From an uncultured Candidatus Saccharibacteria bacterium (GTDB lineage Bacteria; Patescibacteriota; Dojkabacteria; B142; OLB20), in the NCBI GenBank assembly GCA_964420145.1, contig CAYQRB010000001.1:1-60008 (forward strand): a stretch of 60,008 bases of DNA. Direction: 5' to 3'. This document shows positions 53,430-60,008 of this stretch, in pieces. Every line of letters starts with the position of its first letter. The first letter of the stretch is position 1. The notes under the pieces were generated by a model. It was not told where the DNA came from, did not search any database, and saw only the letters and a program-made list of their open reading frames with translations. The translations under genes and the position numbers were made by a program.

Positions 53430-55829
53430 TTATGCAGATTTCAACCTAATACTGTTTAGTACTACAGATATAGAACTCAACGCCATAGCAACACTAGCGA
53501 GAATCGGAGAAAGCAGTAACCCTGTAAAAGGAAAAAGTACTCCTGACGCAATAGGAACTGCAAACACATTATATCCAAATGCCCAGAAAAGGTTTTCTTT
53601 CACAACCCTAATAGTTTTTTCAGACAAAGTAATCATCTCTGAGATTTTTTGTAGGGAGTCCGTCATAATCACGACATCTCCAGCTTCTATAGCAATATCT
53701 GTTCCTGTTCCCATAGCAATCCCTATATCTGCTTGAGCAAGTGCGGGAGCATCATTTATCCCATCTCCTACCATTGCGACTATATTGCCTGATGACTCAG
53801 ATTTTTGTATTTCTAAAATCTTTGCAGATTTTTCTTGAGGAAGTACTTCAGCTATCACTTCCGTGATTTTTAACTCACTAGCTATGGATTTTGCCGTTTT
53901 ATAGTTATCTCCAGAAAGCATTATCACTTTTATACCTCTATTTGAGAGATCAGAAACAAGGGATTTTGCCTCGGGTCGTAGAGTATCTGATAATGCGATA
54001 AGTGCTAGTATATCTCCGTCTATACAAACCGATACCACCGTTTTTCCCTGATCTTGGAAAAACTCAATTTCTTTGATTAGCTTACTATTTCGTTCAATCT
54101 TAAAATCTAAAAGAAGTTTAGAATTACCAATTATAACCTCTCTTCCTTCAATACTTCCAGAAACTCCCTTCCCCTCGTGATTTTTAAAATTTTTTACAGT
54201 TAACTTATCATATTCTATATTATCCTTTTGTGCCTTGTTAGTAATAGCTCTTGACAGAGGGTGTTCTGAATTATGTTCCAAGGATGCTGTATATTCTAAT
54301 ATTTTTTTCTTATCGAACTCATTTTTCGACAGACCTTTATCCAATAACTTAATATCTGTAACCTCGATTTCTCCTTTGGTAAGTGTACCAGTCTTATCAA
54401 AAACAATGGTATTTACCTTATACATCAACTCCAAAACTCGTGCATCTTTGATTAATATTCCTTTTCTCGCTGCCCTTCCCGAAGCCACCATAAGCGCTAT
54501 GGGGGTAGCAAGCCCTAATGCACATGGACAAGCGATGATTAGTACTGTTGCAAATGTATAAACCGCTAACTGTAAGTATCCAACATCTATATATAAGCCC
54601 AAAGATGGACTTATCAGAAACCAAAACATAAAAGTTACAATTGCAACAAGAATTATGATTGGAACAAATACACTAGAGATTTTATCTGCTAGTTTTTGTA
54701 TCGGAGCTGTAGTCATCTGTGCTTCCTCGACAAGTTTAATGATTTGTGAGAGTAATGTCTCCTCTCCTACCTTCTCCGCTCTAAATCTAAAACTCCCAGA
54801 TTTATTTATAGTAGAGCCGATAACCATATCTTTTGGTAATTTCTCTACAGGCTTTGATTCTCCCGTTACCATAGATTCGTCAACTGTACTTCTCCCTGCT
54901 ACAATCTCACCATCGACAGGGATTTTCTCACCTGGTCGAACCATTATGATATCTCCTTTTACAACTTGTTTTATAGGAATTTGTATTTCCTTTCCTGCAC
55001 GAATAACTGTAGCTTCTTTAGCCTGATACTCCAGTAGTTTGCTAATTGCTTCGTTGGCATTGCTTTTTGCTCTTGCTTCCATCAAACGACCAAGCAAAAC
55101 AAAAAATATTATAAATCCGATAGCCTCAAAAAACGGTTCTGCATCGATACTCGAAAATACTTTAGGGAAGAATGTTACTATAGTAGAAAATATCCAAGCA
55201 ACACCCGTACCTAGTGCTATAAGTGTATCCATATTAGCGGATTTTATCTTTATAGCACCCCACGCACTACTAAAAAACTGACTGCCTCCCCAAAATAAAA
55301 TTGGTGTAGCAAAAACAAACTGAACTAGCCATAGAACAGGAGGTCCCCAGATATTAGATACTCTTCCCATATCCTGTGATACAAACATTTGTATCATAAT
55401 GAAAACAAATGGAATATTAAGGAACCCAATAATGATGACTTTTCTTTTTAAGTCTTGATATTCTTTTTCCTTTAACATCTTTGTATGGTTATGTTCCATA
55501 TCATTACCGTGATTTTGTCCATCATCTATACTTTTTGAATCCCCTTTTGCCACACCATACTCTTTGGTTCCAGGAGAAGTCAGTACATCACCCAACTCAC
55601 CTTTTACTAATTTATACGGACCAGCTTTTGACACTGCTTTGGCGATCTCTTCTAGGTTCATTTTCGTATCATCATATTCAACACGCATTTGCTCAGTAGC
55701 AAAATTTACCATAACAGACTCGACACCATCCATTTCTCCCACTACTTTTTCTATCAGTAGTTTACACGACGCACAATGCATACCAATAATCGGAAAACTT
55801 TGCCTTTGTATCATAAGTTCTAAACACAA
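53430..55829 (-). CDS. copA: copper-translocating P1B-type ATPase
   Basis: N-terminal HMA GMHCASC, TM CPC motif ([12 protein letters not shown]), [15 protein letters not shown]. Confidence 0.95.
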   Translation of the reverse strand: MCLELMIQRQSFPIIGMHCASCKLLIEKVVGEMDGVESVMVNFATEQMRVEYDDTKMNLEEIAKAVSKAGPYKLVKGELGDVLTSPGTKEYGVAKGDSKSIDDGQNHGNDMEHNHTKMLKEKEYQDLKRKVIIIGFLNIPFVFIMIQMFVSQDMGRVSNIWGPPVLWLVQFVFATPILFWGGSQFFSSAWGAIKIKSANMDTLIALGTGVAWIFSTIVTFFPKVFSSIDAEPFFEAIGFIIFFVLLGRLMEARAKSNANEAISKLLEYQAKEATVIRAGKEIQIPIKQVVKGDIIMVRPGEKIPVDGEIVAGRSTVDESMVTGESKPVEKLPKDMVIGSTINKSGSFRFRAEKVGEETLLSQIIKLVEEAQMTTAPIQKLADKISSVFVPIIILVAIVTFMFWFLISPSLGLYIDVGYLQLAVYTFATVLIIACPCALGLATPIALMVASGRAARKGILIKDARVLELMYKVNTIVFDKTGTLTKGEIEVTDIKLLDKGLSKNEFDKKKILEYTASLEHNSEHPLSRAITNKAQKDNIEYDKLTVKNFKNHEGKGVSGSIEGREVIIGNSKLLLDFKIERNSKLIKEIEFFQDQGKTVVSVCIDGDILALIALSDTLRPEAKSLVSDLSNRGIKVIMLSGDNYKTAKSIASELKITEVIAEVLPQEKSAKILEIQKSESSGNIVAMVGDGINDAPALAQADIGIAMGTGTDIAIEAGDVVIMTDSLQKISEMITLSEKTIRVVKENLFWAFGYNVFAVPIASGVLFPFTGLLLSPILASVAMALSSISVVLNSIRLKSA

Positions 55830-55832
55830 AAA

Positions 55833-57254
55833 CTAAATTACTGTGATTGTAATAGGAGACACCATCCCCATAGTACAGGTAAGCTTGTAAACTCCTTTTT
55901 TGGGAGTAAATTCTATATAGTTCCAACCTTGTTTTAGCTGGACATAGCCATCAAAGAGCCCTTTGGATGCCATAAATTGTCCGCAACCTTGTATTCCTTT
56001 ATTGTTCACTGCTAAAACCGTCTGCTCTCCTGCACTGATCGTTGTACTTCCTGTTGGTCTATAGTTAAACCCGTCAGCAACAACCACTATATTTTGCAGA
56101 TTTTTATCAATATCGGGGCGATCCTCCAGGATAATATTTTCATTAGCTGAGGGACGCATATCACTTAGACTTCTTACTCCCAACACATTGAGTTGACTAT
56201 TTATGGTATATAGAGCAAATATCAATATCAGTACTCCTGATGCTTTATTAAATATTGATGACATTTGTATATGGGTGTTAAAGCCCACTCCAGCAAGGCT
56301 TATCCCTGCGAGTATCGGAAATGTCCCCAATGCAAAGAAAAACATAATCAGACCACCTTTTAGGAAACTTGCCGAAGCAAGGGCTACCCCTTGAGCAATC
56401 AGTGTAAAGCCACAAGGAAGCAGAAAAGTTAATACTCCAAGAACAAACGGCATATACTTTCCAGAAAAGTTTTTCTCATCTACTACATATTGACTTAAAA
56501 ACCTCGGGGTTTTAAATTTAAACCTGTTTGCCTGTCGAACACCTAACATTTGCAATGATAAAATCAGCATAATAGCCGATATCACAATAACTATTATCGA
56601 AAACATAGTAGTGCTACCTAGTGAGACTGTCTGACCTAGCAAACCAAGTAACCCACCAAACACAAAAAAGCTGGCTAGACGACCAACATGAAAAAGTATA
56701 TGAGGTTGATATTTCGAGGTTTTACTACTCTCACCTAGATATAGATCGTTCCATTGCTTTGTCATAACCAAAAGCAAACTCCCAACCAGTGCAGCACAAC
56801 TAGATAATCCAGCCACTACTCCCAAAACAAAGAAAGCTACTAGACTAGAATTTATATCCACACTAGCAAACCTCCCTAATCCACTATTGTTTATAATTAC
56901 TACCGCTATGAAAACTATACCTAAAATACCTAGTACTTTGAGAAACTCTTTGAACTTGTCTGCGTTTACTTCTAGTTTCCCATCCTCTACCCTGATAAAT
57001 TTAGTTTTTTCACCCTTAGGCTTATTAAGACTAAATTTATAACCCGCTCCTGATAAATCGTTGTTTAATCTTTTGATGTCTACATCAGTCAGATTAGAAC
57101 AAGTAACCTCAACCACTCCTTGGTCAAGAGAGGCCTTCACTCCTTCTACTCCATCGTATTTTTTAAGAGTTTTTTCTATTAAGATCTCGCAGGAAGAGCA
57201 ATGCATTCCTTCTACAAAGATTTTATTTTTATTTGGTTTTGTTTTGTTACCCAT
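55833..57254 (-). CDS. HMA-domain / DsbD_2-like membrane / cupredoxin-like three-part copper-handling protein
   Basis: N-terminal GMHCSSCEILIEK. Polytopic core with LSSCAALVG and FLLPCGFTL. C-terminal ...YKLTCTMGMVSPITITVI cupredoxin-like end. Confidence 0.6.
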   Translation of the reverse strand: MGNKTKPNKNKIFVEGMHCSSCEILIEKTLKKYDGVEGVKASLDQGVVEVTCSNLTDVDIKRLNNDLSGAGYKFSLNKPKGEKTKFIRVEDGKLEVNADKFKEFLKVLGILGIVFIAVVIINNSGLGRFASVDINSSLVAFFVLGVVAGLSSCAALVGSLLLVMTKQWNDLYLGESSKTSKYQPHILFHVGRLASFFVFGGLLGLLGQTVSLGSTTMFSIIVIVISAIMLILSLQMLGVRQANRFKFKTPRFLSQYVVDEKNFSGKYMPFVLGVLTFLLPCGFTLIAQGVALASASFLKGGLIMFFFALGTFPILAGISLAGVGFNTHIQMSSIFNKASGVLILIFALYTINSQLNVLGVRSLSDMRPSANENIILEDRPDIDKNLQNIVVVADGFNYRPTGSTTISAGEQTVLAVNNKGIQGCGQFMASKGLFDGYVQLKQGWNYIEFTPKKGVYKLTCTMGMVSPITITVI

Positions 57255-57257
57255 AGA

Positions 57258-57536
57258 TTATTTATATTCAAAAAGCTTTAATAATTCCTCAACAGTTGTC
57301 TTTTCTTCTCCATTTTTTATCTGGTGTATCACGCAAGTATTGAGGTGTTCTTTAATGATTAAAAGGTCTAGCTTTTTTAGTGCTTTTTGTACTGCCCTAG
57401 ATTGATGTACGATATCAACACAGTATTTATCACTTTTAAGCATATCCTCAATTGATTGTAGGTGTCCTTGTATAATCTTTATCCTATGCAAAGCTTGGTC
57501 TTTGGTTGTAACTTTAAATCGTTTATCTGTTTTCAT
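57258..57536 (-). CDS. csoR: CsoR/RcnR-family copper-sensing repressor
   Basis: RIKIIQGHLQSIEDML...YCVDIVHQSRAVQKAL...HLNTCV, with the C-H-C ligand pattern. Confidence 0.85.
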   Translation of the reverse strand: MKTDKRFKVTTKDQALHRIKIIQGHLQSIEDMLKSDKYCVDIVHQSRAVQKALKKLDLLIIKEHLNTCVIHQIKNGEEKTTVEELLKLFEYK

Positions 57537-57540
57537 AAAA

Positions 57541-57561
57541 ATATCCCCTTATGGGGGATAT
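57541..57561. promoter_or_regulatory. candidate CsoR operator (G/C-tract inverted repeat)
   Basis: ATATCCCC-TTATG-GGGGATAT lies between the predicted -10 element and the csoR ATG. GC-tract palindromes of this type are the known CsoR operator style. Confidence 0.6.
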
Positions 57562-57588
57562 TATAAATTAATCAAAAAATTTATTCAA
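57560..57588 (-). promoter_or_regulatory. sigma70-like promoter of the csoR-copper operon (TTGAAT-17 nt-TATAAT)
   Basis: Minus strand TTGAAT (57588-57583) overlaps the last codons of the upstream transporter gene. TATAAT (57565-57560) abuts the operator. Confidence 0.55.
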
Positions 57589-58861
57589 CAGTTTCTTGAT
57601 TTATTCCGTTTAGTTCTTTTTGTGGGAGATATATCTTTTTGGGTGTTGTAAACAATAGTATAACTCCCACAAAAAATGCCACTACTCCCATAAATGCAAA
57701 CGAAATATAATAACCATATTGATCACTCAGTATCCCTAGTAAAATAGGAACCATAATAAACGCAAGCGATCCAGTAGCGTTTACCATACCAAACAAATAA
57801 GCTTTTTCCTCTCTCAACCTAGAAGCAAAATCACTAAAAACAGCATTATTTAGGGGACCAGCAAGTGCAAACATAAAACTAGAAGATAAAATTATAAATC
57901 CAACTATATATTTCTGCTCTTCAAAAAACATTAGAAGTGTCAGTAGTAGTCCACCCACTATCAAGCAGATATGAGTGTAGTGTTTTTTGTGTTGTTTAAC
58001 AGGAATCCTTGACAAAAGAAGTGATGCAACTAGGCCAGGAACTGCAAACATAAACATTACCACCCAATCAAAACCCTCTTGTCCTATCAACTCCCTTCCA
58101 AAAAGACCTGCAAAAACACTATATGCAGTAAAAATACACTGCAACACAAGGGAAACTCCTAAGACCTGCCAAATACTACCCGACAAAATCTTCCACACCC
58201 TAAACTCCTCTATTAACTTCAATAATTCTTTACTTGTACTCCTAACCCTAGTAGGTCTATGAGTTTTTCTAATAGTACCTGATAATAAAAGAATAAGTAA
58301 AGCAAGGAAAAGTAACACTACAGCAAAGACTGTATACGCCATATCACCCAGTCGCAAAAGGGATGACCCTAAAATCGGTGTTATAACTGCAACTACACTT
58401 AGCAAAAGAGCGAGTAAACTCCACCCCTTGCTAAAGTTATGTGTTTCTCCTGTACTGACAATATAGTTTTGTTGAGAAAACTCAAGAAAGACAAAGTACA
58501 TACCCCAGGCCATAGATGCCATAACAAAGAAACCAAAAACCTCAAACAAAACACCAAGATATGTGAACAAAGGAAAAAGCAAAGCAATAAATATACAAAT
58601 CAGTAGTAATTGTTTCCAGTTTTTTTGAGATATCAAAGATGGAAAAAGGAAATCGCAAGTTAACCCGACTATAGAGGCAATTGCCATAATCAGTCCCATA
58701 GTGGTGTTTGATTTTACCGAAGTTTCAACAACTATGGGGAAGATATAAGCTAAAACACCATCTGCTATTTGAACAATAAGTATTAATACAAAAAAAACAG
58801 GAATAACCGATACTCCAGGAACCTGAAGGATCGGTCTTCTCCTAAGAAACCGAAGATTCAT
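57581..58861 (-). CDS. 12-TM transporter, MFS-like
   Basis: About 12 hydrophobic segments in a 6+6 arrangement with a central basic loop (RKTHRPTRVRSTSKE). No specific motif confirmed. Confidence 0.5.
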   Translation of the reverse strand: MNLRFLRRRPILQVPGVSVIPVFFVLILIVQIADGVLAYIFPIVVETSVKSNTTMGLIMAIASIVGLTCDFLFPSLISQKNWKQLLLICIFIALLFPLFTYLGVLFEVFGFFVMASMAWGMYFVFLEFSQQNYIVSTGETHNFSKGWSLLALLLSVVAVITPILGSSLLRLGDMAYTVFAVVLLFLALLILLLSGTIRKTHRPTRVRSTSKELLKLIEEFRVWKILSGSIWQVLGVSLVLQCIFTAYSVFAGLFGRELIGQEGFDWVVMFMFAVPGLVASLLLSRIPVKQHKKHYTHICLIVGGLLLTLLMFFEEQKYIVGFIILSSSFMFALAGPLNNAVFSDFASRLREEKAYLFGMVNATGSLAFIMVPILLGILSDQYGYYISFAFMGVVAFFVGVILLFTTPKKIYLPQKELNGINQETVE

Positions 58862-58871
58862 CTATAAATAT

Positions 58872-59255
58872 TTATGTAGTAGGTGTTGTTGACTGAGTAC
58901 CTTTATCTAGTGTTTTCCTGTAGAAGAAGTAGTAGTACAGGTCAGCAATAGGAATAAAAATAACTAATAGTAACCAGAGTACCTTATCATTATCATTTTT
59001 CCAGTTAGTCCTTTTAACAATATCAATTATTGAAAGAACCCAGATTACAGAAATAAAAAGACTAAAGATCATAATACTACACCATACAGCCATTATAAAT
59101 ACTCCAAACAACCCACCCGAGCCCGACACTCCAGTAGAGGTATAGGGATCCATCAATAAATCACTTTGTAGGTCAACTGCACTTACTGTCAGTGGAGCTA
59201 AAAATGCTAGGTATGAAGTAAATACAGCAGATAGAGAAAAAACTTTCCTTTTCAT
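58872..59255 (-). CDS. small membrane protein with PLD-nuclease N-terminal (PLDc_N)-like motif, paralog A
   Basis: Signal peptide. TM pair with SIIDIVKRTNWKNDNDKVLWLLLVIFIPIADLYYYFFYRK. Confidence 0.55.
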   Translation of the reverse strand: MKRKVFSLSAVFTSYLAFLAPLTVSAVDLQSDLLMDPYTSTGVSGSGGLFGVFIMAVWCSIMIFSLFISVIWVLSIIDIVKRTNWKNDNDKVLWLLLVIFIPIADLYYYFFYRKTLDKGTQSTTPTT

Positions 59256-59379
59256 AATTATATTATATAAATTAATAATAGGATTCTATCTATAACCATA
59301 ATCAATGTCAAAGATTTATAATTATTTTCTACCTATAAATACGAAGGGTTAGTTTAAGAGTCTATACCCTAGTAAATAT

Positions 59380-59775
59380 CTATGCCGTAGGTGTTTCCAT
59401 TACTGTTTGAGCTTCCCTATCGAGTTTTTTCCTGTAAAAGAAATAGTAGTAAAGACTGACTACATAAAGGTTGAAAAGTAAAATTATTAATAACCAAAGT
59501 ATTTTATCATTTTCGTTTTTCCAATTATCTCTTTGTACAATATCAATTATCGACAGTACCCAGACAATAGTAGAGATAATCATAAAAATAAGAAGAATAC
59601 ACACCATAGCCAGAAAGACGAGCTCAACGAGCGTATCGATACCACTTCCGGTTGTAGATGAATAACCATTTGTAGAATAGTAACTCTGCAAATCAATAGC
59701 TTTTACCGCTAACGGGGATAAAAATACCAAGGGCATAAGTACTGCAAAAACCATAGAAAAAATCTTCTTTATCAC
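59380..59775 (-). CDS. small membrane protein with PLDc_N-like motif, paralog B
   Basis: Same architecture and motif as paralog A (SIIDIVQRDNWKNENDKILWLLIILLFNLYVVSLYYYFFYRKK). Confidence 0.55.
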   Translation of the reverse strand: MIKKIFSMVFAVLMPLVFLSPLAVKAIDLQSYYSTNGYSSTTGSGIDTLVELVFLAMVCILLIFMIISTIVWVLSIIDIVQRDNWKNENDKILWLLIILLFNLYVVSLYYYFFYRKKLDREAQTVMETPTA

Positions 59776-59892
59776 GATTAAATAATATAAATTAATATTA
59801 AAATCCTATCTGTAGTTGATACAAAAGTCAAAAGTTTTTAGCTATTGTTTATGGCAAATATTACTTTTAAAAATAATGGGATATAATTAATT

Positions 59893-60008
59893 ATGAGAAA
59901 TATATGGAAGGATAACAATCTCACTGATAAGTGGTTCTATACTAATACAGACCAATTACTACGAACATTCCATATTTATGTAAAAGGCGACTCACTAGTA
60001 CTTCTACC
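59893..60008 (+). CDS. 5' end of a hypothetical gene running off the window
   Basis: ATG at 59893, open to the window edge (MRNIWKDNNLTDKWFYTNTDQLL...). Too short to judge. Confidence 0.25.
   Translation, partial: MRNIWKDNNLTDKWFYTNTDQLLRTFHIYVKGDSLVLL

Overview
AT-rich, gene-dense bacterial chromosome segment, mostly minus-strand. By inference it resembles a reduced-genome Patescibacteria/CPR-type organism. The gene content fits that: GroES/GroEL, YidC-Jag, FtsA-like, L25, CysRS, ValRS, tmRNA, phosphoketolase plus acetate kinase, many small orphan membrane proteins and almost no biosynthesis. No Shine-Dalgarno motifs were visible at the starts inspected. The standard genetic code applies, since TGA, TAG and TAA each terminate well-supported genes. 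I recognised no rRNA, tRNA, CRISPR array, transposase or integrase. Main findings: (1) A promoter-to-terminator minus-strand operon (about 2.9-10.9 kb) in which a membrane-anchored Clp/Hsp100-type double AAA+ ATPase is translationally coupled to a tandem array of eight VirB2/TrbC-like two-helix 'pilin' paralogs. These carry cysteine-rich ectodomains, and no other pilus or secretion machinery is in the window. (2) A compact cobalamin-riboswitch-like element in front of an orphan 484-aa zinc-ribbon protein, with a decayed relic of a paralog about 1 kb downstream. (3) A canonical T-box antiterminator/terminator upstream of a PIG-L-deacetylase-cysS operon. (4) A tmRNA gene followed by degenerate copies of its own 3' end. 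Other features: a protease-less Lon, LOG-methyltransferase and NDT-like-RHH fusions, a CsoR-controlled copper operon, a PIN/Phd-like toxin-antitoxin (TA) pair, and a NUDIX gene interrupted by TAG at a conserved Trp position. All domain calls come from motif recognition by eye and need profile searches.
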